Shown piece after piece: positions 31,119 through 40,351 of a stretch of DNA of 64,000 nt (within the stretch, counting starts at the first letter, position 1; the number at the start of each line of letters is the position of its first letter). A model generated the notes under the pieces. It had not been told where the DNA came from. It made no database searches and worked only from the letters and a program-made list of their open reading frames with translations. The DNA is from an uncultured Puniceicoccaceae bacterium (GTDB lineage: Bacteria; Verrucomicrobiota; Verrucomicrobiia; Opitutales; Oceanipulchritudinaceae), in NCBI GenBank assembly GCA_963933835.1, contig CAWVVV010000004.1, positions 1-64,000 on the forward strand, read 5' to 3'. A program made the position numbers and the translations under genes.

Positions 31119-31673
31119 CTAGCTAAATTTGTAGAGCGCAGGGTAGTTCATGTAGCAGTTGCGATCTTCCATCCCATAACCGACGAGCCATTCTTCGCCG
31201 CCGTAGGCGAACGCGTGCCAATCCGGTTTGAAGACCGAGTCAGCTCGATTGCGGTAGACCATAGTGACGCTTTTGACCGAGCGCGCCCCGCGGTTGGTCA
31301 AAATATCTTCAGCGAGGTGACGGAGCGTCTTCCCTGTGTCGCAAATATCATCAACGAGAAGGATCGTTCGGTTGTGAAAGTCAGTTCCGACGTAATTGGT
31401 TTTGATCGTGTCGAGTTGAGCTGCGTTGACTTCTGAAGAGTAGCTTTCGCAGCGTACAAAGGCAGGCTCGATCGAGATTTTGCAGGTTTTCAGAAGGTCA
31501 CTGAAGAAGAGGAAACCGCCACGTAGAATACAGAGTGCAAGGAGGGGAGTGCCAGTGTCTTTGAGGACTTGGGCGGCATACTCTTCGATTACGAGCGCAA
31601 GGTCTGCGACGTGCTGTTGCACGGATTCTTCGCTGTGCAGTTCTTGAAAGGCGGCGGGGACTTCTCGTTCCAT
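31119..31673 (-). CDS. hpt: Hypoxanthine/purine phosphoribosyltransferase
   Basis: ILRGGFLFFSDL, ILLVDDICDTGKTL, WLVGYGME. Confidence 0.8.
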   Translation of the reverse strand: MEREVPAAFQELHSEESVQQHVADLALVIEEYAAQVLKDTGTPLLALCILRGGFLFFSDLLKTCKISIEPAFVRCESYSSEVNAAQLDTIKTNYVGTDFHNRTILLVDDICDTGKTLRHLAEDILTNRGARSVKSVTMVYRNRADSVFKPDWHAFAYGGEEWLVGYGMEDRNCYMNYPALYKFS

Positions 31674-31729
31674 GGGTATACGATTCGGATTAGATTGAGA
31701 TCAGAGCGTTTAAGTGTTCCCTCAATAGG

Positions 31730-32092
31730 ATGGAGATTAAAGCCTTAAATGAGATCACTGAGGTGGTTGCCCCCGATAAATCGATCATCCGTGAATGGGT
31801 CGCGCCGGGGAATTCCCGCGCTAAGAAGATGAGTATGGCTGAGATCACCATCCCTCCAGGGGTAAAAGTACCCCCGCATTATCACCAAGTGATTGAGGAA
31901 ACCTACTTCATCCTAGAGGGCGAGGGCGAGATGGAGCTCGGGGACGAAAAACGCACGATGAGCGCGGGTGAGGCTGTCGTCATCCTCCCGAATGAGCGCC
32001 ACACCATCGCCAACAAGACCGACAAACCGCTCAAAATGTATGTCACTTGTGTCCCCGCTTGGACATTCGAAGAGTCGGTTTTTGTGGAGTAA
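31730..32092 (+). CDS. Cupin-domain protein
   Basis: PHYHQVIEETYFILEGEG ... PNERHTI metal-binding cupin motifs. Confidence 0.9.
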   Translation: MEIKALNEITEVVAPDKSIIREWVAPGNSRAKKMSMAEITIPPGVKVPPHYHQVIEETYFILEGEGEMELGDEKRTMSAGEAVVILPNERHTIANKTDKPLKMYVTCVPAWTFEESVFVE

Positions 32093-32097
32093 GTGGC

Positions 32098-32418
32098 CTA
32101 GCCTAAACGGCCGCTTCGTCGTCCGCCGGGAACTTTTCTAAGGAGCTGTTTTTTGAAGACCGGGATGAGGGTTTGTTCGAGTTCGTCGAAACAGGTTTTC
32201 AGACCCATCTCTTTGTAGCGCAGCCCGATTTTCGCTTCAACTGCGGTGGGTTCTCCAAAGCTGGCGAGAAATTGATTGGAGGTGAGGCGGGCAAAGAGCT
32301 CTTGGCGTGGAAGTTGTTTTTCCAGTTCAGAATGCTCGAGGAGCCATTCACGGGCAAAGAGGCCGAGGACAGCGTCGCCGACCCAAGCATCGTCCTTCAT
32401 TTGAGCGCGTAGATTCAT
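32098..32418 (-). CDS. Minimal RNase III-domain protein (Mini-III-like)
   Basis: AWVGDAVLGLFAREWL, LTSNQFLA, PTAVEAKIG; no dsRBD. Confidence 0.65.
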   Translation of the reverse strand: MNLRAQMKDDAWVGDAVLGLFAREWLLEHSELEKQLPRQELFARLTSNQFLASFGEPTAVEAKIGLRYKEMGLKTCFDELEQTLIPVFKKQLLRKVPGGRRSGRLG

Positions 32419-32587
32419 TTCGGATGGAAGGAGAGGGGACGCTTGTTCGGGAGGCAAGATTTTGATCCGACCTAAGTGTTTCGGGTCATCGACTCCCCAG
32501 TTAGAAGTGCTCTATTCAGATGAGAAGTACTTGTGTCGATCAAGGCTTGGGTTTGAATTGGCATGATCTCTATTCACCTTTCAATGT

Positions 32588-33976
32588 ATGCATAGCTCAC
32601 GCCGATCTTTTCTTAAGCAAGCCGGTGTTCTGTCGGTAGGATTCGCGGGCTTGTCTCGATTTGCTCTAGCGAATCCATCACTCAAATCTGTTCCGGGTTA
32701 TGGTCCCTTGATTCCTGATCCCAAGGGCGTTTTTGATCTGCCGAAAGGCTTTTCCTACCGCATCTTGTCAAAAGTAGGCGACGAGATGAGTGATGGCCTC
32801 CTCGTGCCAGGACTGCCTGACGGGATGGCTGCCTTTCCTCAGCCTGATGGGCGCATAGTGATTGTCATGAATCACGAGCTTTCACCACAGCACATCGGTA
32901 TCAGTCCTTTTGGGCCGATGAACGAGCGCCTTGATAAGGTCGACCGGACAAAAATCTACGATACTCGCGATGGCACCTTGTCTTCACTCGGGGGCACGAC
33001 AAATCTCGTTTACAACCCAGCGACCGGTGAGGTCGAAAAACAGTTTCTTAGTCTCATCGGGACTGAGCGAAACTGTGCTGGGGGAACGACCCCTTGGGGC
33101 TCTTGGGTGACCTGTGAGGAGTCAAACATAGTCAAAAGTGAGTTTTTCCAGAAAGACCACGGTTATAATTTCGAGGTGCCTGCGACATCAGAGCAGGGAC
33201 TCGTTGAACCGATTCCACTTATAGCGATGGGGCGTTTCCGCCACGAGGCCGTCGCGGTTGAGCCGAACTCTGGTGTCGTCTATCAGACCGAGGACATGTG
33301 GGACGGGCTCATCTACCGTTACATACCTGACGTAAAGGGCGAGCTGGCTAAAGGGGGAACCCTCCAAGCACTCGTCATTAGGGGCTCATCTAGCTCGGTC
33401 GATACCCGAAACTGGGGTGAGGCTGGGGCGCCGAACTTCCCTCGTTCTAAGAGCGTGGAAGTGGAGTGGGTCGATCTCGATGAAGTAGAATCGCCTAAAG
33501 ATGACCTCCGCTACCGTGGTAAAGACCGAGGGGCGGCTGTCTTCGCTCGAGGCGAAGGGATGTGGTATGAAAACGGCGAACTCTACTTTGCTTGCACCAA
33601 TGGCGGCGCCAAGCGCACTGGGCAGGTCTTCCGCTACATCCCGTCTCCGAATGAAGGAACGCTTCTGGAATCAGATGAACCGGCTCGGTTAGAGCTATTT
33701 GTAGAAAGCGACGATAAGGATATCTTGCAAAACTGTGATAACCTCACCGTTGCACCCACAGGTGACCTGTTTATCGCCGAAGATGCGCTTGATGATCCCT
33801 CTCGTTTGATCGGCGTAACCCCTGATGGGCAGTGCTTTACGTTCGCTAGTAACCCTTACAATAGCTCTGAGCTCGCTGGTGTTTGTTTTTCTCCGGATGG
33901 CGCGACAATGTTTCTTAATATTCAGGAGACTGGGCTGACCCTAGCGATTGACGGACCGTGGAGTCAGCGGTCTTAA
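32588..33976 (+). CDS. phoX: Tat-exported PhoX-family alkaline phosphatase (DUF839)
   Basis: SRRSFLK Tat motif, MNHE, NCAGGTTPWGSWVTCEE, MGRFRHEA, RGEG, NCDN, AED, SELAG. Confidence 0.88.
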   Translation: MHSSRRSFLKQAGVLSVGFAGLSRFALANPSLKSVPGYGPLIPDPKGVFDLPKGFSYRILSKVGDEMSDGLLVPGLPDGMAAFPQPDGRIVIVMNHELSPQHIGISPFGPMNERLDKVDRTKIYDTRDGTLSSLGGTTNLVYNPATGEVEKQFLSLIGTERNCAGGTTPWGSWVTCEESNIVKSEFFQKDHGYNFEVPATSEQGLVEPIPLIAMGRFRHEAVAVEPNSGVVYQTEDMWDGLIYRYIPDVKGELAKGGTLQALVIRGSSSSVDTRNWGEAGAPNFPRSKSVEVEWVDLDEVESPKDDLRYRGKDRGAAVFARGEGMWYENGELYFACTNGGAKRTGQVFRYIPSPNEGTLLESDEPARLELFVESDDKDILQNCDNLTVAPTGDLFIAEDALDDPSRLIGVTPDGQCFTFASNPYNSSELAGVCFSPDGATMFLNIQETGLTLAIDGPWSQRS

Positions 33977-34160
33977 GACGCACTGAATTGCGGCATCTAG
34001 GTGTAGGTTAGTCAAAAATGCCCGAAATTGCGCCGGGATATCCCCCAAAGCGGTCGCTCTGGCTGAACTGCATTCGCTCATGGTCGATGTATTGTTTATG
34101 CAGTTTCGCGCGCCTCGTGCGATGTTGCACCTTGCCCAGAACCCAATATCGAGTATCGCC

Positions 34161-34337
34161 ATGACAATTTCCCCGCCGACGGAGACAAATAGCTGTCCCT
34201 ATGAGATGAACGACCTCCTTGAGCTCATGGTCGAGGAAGAAGTGGTCGAGAAAAGTCAGAACCCAGTCGATTTGCGTAAGCGCTTTAAAGACAATGGAAT
34301 TAAAGTTGGTGACGCAGAAGACCCCGAAGACGTGTAG
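34161..34337 (+). other. Short acidic ORF, possible gene remnant
   Basis: 58-aa coding-like frame in a fragment-rich intergenic region; no recognisable family. Confidence 0.2.
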
Positions 34338-34359
34338 TAGGGAATCCACCGTAATGCAC

Positions 34360-34545
34360 CTAAGCTTTTCGTCTCATCACGGCGAGCATCAGGCATCCAG
34401 CACCAAGCAAAAAGGCCGAGGAAGGCTCTGGAATGACGCCGATACCGAAGTCGACCTCGCGGATCTCGATACGCGTTGGGTAGCTCGGACTCTGAGCTGT
34501 GAAGACTTCGAGTTCAACTTTTCGCACCCCAGGAACGGTCGATGC
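34360..34545 (-). pseudogene. 3' remnant of a PEP-CTERM protein gene
   Basis: Manual translation ...VRKVELEVFTAQSPSYPTRIEIREVDFGIGVIPEPSSAFLLGAGCLMLAVMRRKA*; no signal peptide, in-frame stop at 34564-34566 just upstream. Confidence 0.85.
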
Positions 34546-34580
34546 AAAAAAGGGGTCATGTCGTTATGTTTGCAATTGAT
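34544..34580 (+). repeat. GCAAAAAAGGGGTCA motif (RAYT-associated REP-like end)
   Basis: 15-nt identity with 7243 and 12154; lies just upstream of the RAYT remnant. Confidence 0.65.
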
Positions 34581-34611
34581 ATAAGCCACTGTTCAAACGG
34601 GCTCCTCAATC

Positions 34612-34716
34612 ATGCCACGCAGTCTACGAATTGAGGAAGAGAATGGAGGGTATCACATCATCAACTGCGATGATGTGTTTATCGATGAAGGCGCGCATAT
34701 GTTCTTTGAGGCGTGA
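34612..34716 (+). pseudogene. N-terminal remnant of a REP-associated tyrosine transposase (RAYT / Y1_Tnp)
   Basis: MPRSLRIEEENGGYHIINCDDVFIDEGAHMFFEA* matches the typical MPRxLRIE..G.YH.INRG N-terminus with RGN missing. Confidence 0.75.
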
Positions 34717-34860
34717 TTTTTTGGCCTGAGCAAAGGCGTCATTGGATAGCACTGAAGTCTCTCTAAGAGGGTGTAGATCGACTGCATTACTGTGATTTGT
34801 CTTTATTGAAGGCTAACAGAGGACTTGCCTCTTACGGCAATGGCTGGATGTTTCGGTAGT

Positions 34861-37800
34861 GTGAATGAGACGAATCATCAGCAGAAGTTTAAGGCGCTAT
34901 TGCCTGAGGCTTTGCTGCGTGATCGTCTCGCGGCTGAGCGCTGGTTGAAGCGACAGAAGCGTGGCCGGAAGCCCACTGTGGATGCCATGGCCCGTTGGGT
35001 TAAACGCTTGGAAGCCTCTGCAGAACGTAAGGCCAAGCGGCTCGCGAGTTGTCCGAAGTGGACCTTTCCTCCGGAGCTCCCGATCTCAGCGCGGGCTGAC
35101 GATATCATTACTGCGATAAAGGAGCATCCAGTCGTTATCGTGGCAGGTGAAACGGGTTCGGGAAAAACGACGCAATTGCCGAAGATGTGTTTGGCCGCCG
35201 GCTTTGGGGTCGACGGGAGCATTGCCTGTACTCAGCCACGCCGGGTAGCGGCGCTTTCGGTTTCTCGCCGCATTGCTGAGGAGTTGAATGTGGTGTGGGG
35301 CGAGCAGGTGGGTGCGAAAATTCGATTCACTGACCGCTCTGGCCCAGATACGTTGATCAAGATGATGACTGATGGGATGCTGCTTGCTGAGGTGCAGGCG
35401 GATCCGGAGCTCTCGGACTATGAGGTCGTTCTGATCGATGAAGCGCATGAGCGCTCGCTGAATATCGATTTTCTGCTCGGATATTTGCATCGTCTGCGAG
35501 CGCGGCGTCCTGATTTACGAATTATCATCACTTCGGCGACGATTGATACGGAATCGTTTTCAAAAGCTTTTTCAGACGCGCCCATTATTGAGGTGAGTGG
35601 GCGTACGTATCCGGTTGATGTGCAGTATCGGCCACTAGAGGATTTATCTGGAACGTATCGAGACTATAACTACATCGATGGCGCCCTGGAAACGCTCGAC
35701 GAAGTGTTGGCGGAAAATGGTCCTGGGGATGTGCTTGTTTTTCTTCCCGGTGAACGCGATATCCGCGAGCTGACGAAAGTGCTCAGTGGGCGAACTCTCG
35801 GGCGATGTGAAGTGCTCCCGCTCTTTGGTCGCTTGTCGAATGAAGAGCAGCAGCGGATCTTTGCGCCGACGCAGAAGCGCAAGATCATCCTTTCGACTAA
35901 TATTGCGGAGACCTCGTTGACGATTCCGGGCATACGTTACGTCATCGATGCGGGCTTGGCTCGAATCAGTCATTATCACTCACGCACGCACACACGCCGC
36001 TTGCCAATTGAGCCTGTGGCGCAGAGTAGTGCGAATCAACGGGCAGGGCGAGCAGGACGGATGGAGGCTGGAATTTGTTTCCGTTTGTATTCGGAAAAGG
36101 ACTACGCATCGCGTCCTGAGTATTCGAAGCCGGAGCTTCTGCGCTCAAATCTCGCTGAAGTGATTCTGAGGATGAAGGCCTTTCGTTTAGGCGAGGTGGA
36201 GGAATTCCCGTTTATAGATCCTCCGCGTCCAGCGGCGATTCGCTCTGGCTACGAATTGCTGGAGGACCTCGGCGCGCTTGATCAGACGCACGAGCTGACT
36301 TCCCTCGGACGAGAGCTGGCGAAGCTTCCGTGCGATCCAACGGTTGGGCGCATGCTGCTACAAGCGCGGCATGAGGGTTGTCTGCGAGAGGTTCTGATCA
36401 TTGCGGCGGGCTTGAGTATTCAGGATCCGAGGGAACGGCCTGCTGACGCTCAGGAAGCGGCAGACCAGATGCATGCGCGTTTCAAGGATCCTGAGTCTGA
36501 CTTTCTGAGTTTGCTGAAGATTTGGGAAAGCTTCCACGAGAAGATGGAAGTGATGACGCAGAGCAAACTACGGAAGTTTTGCCGCGAACACTTTCTCTCT
36601 TACCTGCGGATGCGCGAGTGGAGGGATGTGCATACGCAGCTAAGGCAGGTGATGTCGGATTTGCCTGATTATAAACTGAGCAAAGGGCCCTCTGAGTATG
36701 ATCAGATTCATCGAGCGATCCTTTCCGGACTGTTGGCAAATGTTGCCCATCGCGAGGCGGGGAATCACTATCGCGCGACGCATCAGCGAGCTGTCATGCT
36801 ACACCCTGGCTCAGCACTCTTTGATAAGGCCGCTGCGAAGCAAGAGCGTAAGCAGTTCAAAGGTAAGCAACGCCCAGCGACGAGCAGTGGTAAGCGAACC
36901 CCCGCTTGGGTTGTTTGTGCCGAGTGGATGGAGACGACGCGTCTCTTCGCTAGGTTGGCGGCCCGCATCGAGGGTGAATGGCTAGAGCAGCTTGGTGGAC
37001 ACATTGTCACAGTGAGCTATGCCGAGCCGACCTACAGTGAGAAGGAGGAGCGTGCGGTCGTTCGTGAACGACGTTTTCTCTATGGTTTGGAGGTCTCAAC
37101 GAGGCGGGTTAATTTCCACCGAATCGACCCTGAAGCGTCACGTTTGCTCTTTATTCAGGCAGGTCTTGTTTCAGGGACGCTGCAGTCATCCCTTGAATGG
37201 TATGAAGAGAATCAAGCCGTTCGCGCAGACGTTGAAGAACAGCAAACTCGGCTGCGGCAAGCAGGCCTCTGGCGCCTTGATGAACGCGTAGAGCAGTTCT
37301 ACGTCGATCGATTGCCTGATGTCGGTTCAGTCATCGATTTGAAGAAGTGGTGGCGGCAGGCCTCGGCGGAAGAGCGTGCGAGGCTTGAATTGACCCCTGA
37401 TGATTTACTCAAATCGAGCACGGACGACATTGAATCATTTCCCGAGAAACTGGAAATCGACGGGGTTAAGTTGTCATTGAATTATACCTACAAGCCGGGG
37501 GAGGAAAAGGATGGCGCGACCCTTCGGGTGCCCTTTGGGGCCTTTTCAGGATTGCAGCCAGAGCACTTGGATTGGGCGGTGCCCGGTTACATCAATGAGC
37601 GGATCGAATTTCTTCTCAAGGGACTGCCGAAAGAGACCCGTGTGAAACTGCATCCGCTCGGTGAAAAAACCGATCTGCTCTCCTCCAGAGTTGAGGTGGG
37701 CAAGGGAACTCTTGAGAAACAACTTTCGGGTTTGATCGGGGAGCTTTTTGGCCTCCGGATTTGGCCGGATGAGTGGCGTGGAGAATCTGTTCCCGCGCAC

Positions 37801-38940
37801 CTTCGCCCGCGTATCGAAGTGATCGATGATGAAGAGAAGGTAGTAGCGCACGGGCGCGACTGGGAATCGGTCGCTGAGAAGGTTCTTGCGGTGCGCGTTG
37901 ATGCTCCGGACGAAGAAACTGAGAGGCGTCGGGCGAAACTTTGGGAGCGTGCGACGCAGGGCTTTGATCGCCCAGATATTGTGGACTGGACGTTCGGTGA
38001 TCTGAAACCTTCGTTCTCAGTTGGCGAGGTTGCTGGGGTGCCGGTTATGGCATACCCGGGGCTGAAAGTTGAAGCCGAAGGGGGCGTGAGCCTAAGGATA
38101 TTTAGGACGCCTCAGCAGGCGCTGCGAGCGACAGCCACTGGATACCCAGCTCTTCTTGAGAGGGTCCTAGGGAAGGAATTATCGTGGACCTCAAAAGCGG
38201 TGCGCAAAGAACTGCAGCGCTTAAAGCTATCTCTCGTTGGCTTTCTTCCCATAACAGCGGTTGAGAGAGGTGCGGATGAACAGATGCATTCCCTGCTTAA
38301 GGAGGGCGGTGTGCCGTCTGACCTGAGCAACGCGGTCTTTGAGCAGTCTGTGAATGATAAAACAGCCGTTCTTCGGCGCTGGACTCCTCGCTTTGTTGAT
38401 GAGCTGGAACAACTCCTTGAACTCCGCCGTGAACTGCGATTGGCGGATGATGTTAATGGCATCTGTGAGACGACAATAACGCGTCTCCTTCCGGTCGATT
38501 TTCTCAAGACGACACCTTCCGAGCGCTATTGGGATCTCCGGCGCTATTTACAGGGTACGCTGCTTCGCTTGAAGAAGGCGCAGTTAGACCCTGCCAAGGA
38601 TGCTCAGCGATCTAAGGTTGTTGCCGGCTATGAATCGAAGTTGGGCGCTGCAAATACTGAGAGCCCATCACTGACCTCTTTTCGATGGGCCCTTGAGGAC
38701 TTTCGCGTCGCCTTATTTGCTCAACAATTGGGTAGTCCGAGGAAGATTTCAGAGCGTATCTTGGATGAGCAGTGGTTGGAGTTGGAGTCAGCGCTAGGAT
38801 CGAAAAAGGGCAATTCGGCGATCTCGGCGATACCTACCTCTCAAGTGAGCCATAAAGAGAGCAGGGCGCCCAAAGCTGCCCCAAAGAAGCGCCCGTCGAG
38901 CAGTGACTTGGAGTCCCTTAAACGACTCTTCAATCAGTGA
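34861..38940 (+). CDS. hrpA: ATP-dependent RNA helicase HrpA
   Basis: GETGSGKTTQLPK, TQPRRVAA, DEAHERSLNIDFLLG, SAT, QRAGRAGR, long DUF3418-type C-terminus. Confidence 0.95.
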   Translation: MNETNHQQKFKALLPEALLRDRLAAERWLKRQKRGRKPTVDAMARWVKRLEASAERKAKRLASCPKWTFPPELPISARADDIITAIKEHPVVIVAGETGSGKTTQLPKMCLAAGFGVDGSIACTQPRRVAALSVSRRIAEELNVVWGEQVGAKIRFTDRSGPDTLIKMMTDGMLLAEVQADPELSDYEVVLIDEAHERSLNIDFLLGYLHRLRARRPDLRIIITSATIDTESFSKAFSDAPIIEVSGRTYPVDVQYRPLEDLSGTYRDYNYIDGALETLDEVLAENGPGDVLVFLPGERDIRELTKVLSGRTLGRCEVLPLFGRLSNEEQQRIFAPTQKRKIILSTNIAETSLTIPGIRYVIDAGLARISHYHSRTHTRRLPIEPVAQSSANQRAGRAGRMEAGICFRLYSEKDYASRPEYSKPELLRSNLAEVILRMKAFRLGEVEEFPFIDPPRPAAIRSGYELLEDLGALDQTHELTSLGRELAKLPCDPTVGRMLLQARHEGCLREVLIIAAGLSIQDPRERPADAQEAADQMHARFKDPESDFLSLLKIWESFHEKMEVMTQSKLRKFCREHFLSYLRMREWRDVHTQLRQVMSDLPDYKLSKGPSEYDQIHRAILSGLLANVAHREAGNHYRATHQRAVMLHPGSALFDKAAAKQERKQFKGKQRPATSSGKRTPAWVVCAEWMETTRLFARLAARIEGEWLEQLGGHIVTVSYAEPTYSEKEERAVVRERRFLYGLEVSTRRVNFHRIDPEASRLLFIQAGLVSGTLQSSLEWYEENQAVRADVEEQQTRLRQAGLWRLDERVEQFYVDRLPDVGSVIDLKKWWRQASAEERARLELTPDDLLKSSTDDIESFPEKLEIDGVKLSLNYTYKPGEEKDGATLRVPFGAFSGLQPEHLDWAVPGYINERIEFLLKGLPKETRVKLHPLGEKTDLLSSRVEVGKGTLEKQLSGLIGELFGLRIWPDEWRGESVPAHLRPRIEVIDDEEKVVAHGRDWESVAEKVLAVRVDAPDEETERRRAKLWERATQGFDRPDIVDWTFGDLKPSFSVGEVAGVPVMAYPGLKVEAEGGVSLRIFRTPQQALRATATGYPALLERVLGKELSWTSKAVRKELQRLKLSLVGFLPITAVERGADEQMHSLLKEGGVPSDLSNAVFEQSVNDKTAVLRRWTPRFVDELEQLLELRRELRLADDVNGICETTITRLLPVDFLKTTPSERYWDLRRYLQGTLLRLKKAQLDPAKDAQRSKVVAGYESKLGAANTESPSLTSFRWALEDFRVALFAQQLGSPRKISERILDEQWLELESALGSKKGNSAISAIPTSQVSHKESRAPKAAPKKRPSSSDLESLKRLFNQ

Positions 38941-39078
38941 GTATCTAGTTTGCTCGGAAGTGTTCTCGACGACTGCATGAGATTAGGGAGATCTCTTCAT
39001 GCAATTGAGTAAAAAATAGCCGGTTTAGACCGATGTTTTTTGATGGGGGGATATACACATATCCTATCCACATTTTTC

Positions 39079-39555
39079 ATGAAAATCGGACATCACATTA
39101 CCTTGGGCTACTCGATTGTTCTCCTCGCAACGCTCGCGGTCCGTCCGTCGTTTGCCAATGTCGTCCTGTGGCGCCTTGTCTATCGAGATGGTGACACTTA
39201 CCATGTCGACGCAGTGTGGGTCTTTCCCGGGCGTGAGCCCCAGCTCTATTCCGGAAGCGCCGTAGCGGCATTTTCTGAGCTAGATGCGCTCGCATTGGTT
39301 CCGGAGGGAACAACGCAAGCGGATGACATCAAACGCTTTCGCATTTTCTCGCAGGGCTACCTATTCCAATCGCCAACAGATCCCGCGATTATCGGCGACC
39401 TTCGTTACGCTCTCTTGCCTCATTCAACGAAACCACTGTGGGGCATTCGTGTGGATACAGTTTCGCCGGAGGAGCATGTCGTAATGGAGATGTTTCGAGA
39501 CCCCAGTGGGTCAAACTTCGATGAGCTTTGGATGATGATTCGCGGCCAAAATTGA
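39079..39555 (+). pseudogene. Chimeric ORF: sensor/MCP-like N-terminus fused to the C-terminal half of a YdjM-like metal-dependent hydrolase
   Basis: MKIGHHITLGYSIVLLAT followed by VRPSFANVVLWR..YHVDAV..QADDIKRFRIFSQGYL..IGDLRYALLP..PLWGI; the N-terminal membrane hydrolase domain is absent. Confidence 0.6.
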
Positions 39556-39605
39556 TCGACTTCGCGTGCGTCCATTTTGGGCGCACTCACCGTGAGCAGT
39601 ACATG

Positions 39606-39645
39606 AAAATGCGGCTCCCTTCGTGAGAAGGAAGCCGCATGAAAA
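39606..39645 (-). terminator. Intrinsic terminator downstream of trxA
   Basis: ATGCGGCT.CCTT / AAGG.AGCCGCAT stem with T4 on the minus strand, between convergent genes. Confidence 0.7.
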
Positions 39646-39672
39646 GTGAGCTATGCTATGGTGACAGCCTTC

Positions 39673-39996
39673 TTATGCGAGCGCTGTCAGTTTGGCCTTG
39701 AGATCTTCTTTCTGTGTCAGGCCGACGACTTGTTCTTTCATCTCACCGGACTTGAAGAAGAGAATCGTTGGAATTGCACGGACGCCGTATTTCGCGGCGA
39801 GCTCTTGGTTGTCGTCTACATTCACTTTCGCAATCGTGGCGCTGTCACCGATTTCGCCGGCGAGCTCCTCGAGGATCGGAGCAATCGCTTTGCAGGGGCC
39901 GCACCAGGGGGCCCAAAAGTCGACGAGGACGGGCTTGTCACCAGCGATGGTGGTTTCAAAGGATGTTGAATCGAGGTTTACGATGTTCTCTGCCAT
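39673..39996 (-). CDS. trxA: Thioredoxin
   Basis: VLVDFWAPWCGPCK, AIPT. Confidence 0.97.
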   Translation of the reverse strand: MAENIVNLDSTSFETTIAGDKPVLVDFWAPWCGPCKAIAPILEELAGEIGDSATIAKVNVDDNQELAAKYGVRAIPTILFFKSGEMKEQVVGLTQKEDLKAKLTALA

Positions 39997-40007
39997 AATT
40001 TTGAAGT

Positions 40008-40250
40008 CTATTCTGAGTGTTTGTGAATTATATCGGAAAGCTGCTTGGGATCAACTTCCTCGAGGTGTTTACCTCTGCCTTTGAGGTCCTCAACCGTTTT
40101 AATGAGGGTTTCAGTCGCCCGATCGTGCGTTTCTTCGGAACCACCGACGACGGTGAAGGACTCAGCTTGTGTCAGCCGTTTGTGTCCATCCTCGTTGTCT
40201 AAGCCAACTCCGAGCAAGTGTGCTCGTGGCTGTTGTTCTGGGTGTTCCAT
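40008..40250 (-). CDS. Small hypothetical protein
   Basis: 80-aa ORF co-oriented between scpA and trxA, 11 nt upstream of trxA. Confidence 0.7.
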   Translation of the reverse strand: MEHPEQQPRAHLLGVGLDNEDGHKRLTQAESFTVVGGSEETHDRATETLIKTVEDLKGRGKHLEEVDPKQLSDIIHKHSE

Positions 40251-40351
40251 CGTTTCTAAGGTTGTCTGGTTGGAGGGATTTTCAAGCGGTTTATTCCGAA
40301 GGGCGGGTTTTTCGAGATTTAAAGGTGTGCACGGGTATGCGCCGGCTGGAG

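Noticed and set aside
27519..38940. The two SF2 helicases as an anti-phage system
   Set aside because: Both match housekeeping families (HelY/DUF3516-like and HrpA) and lack partner defence genes
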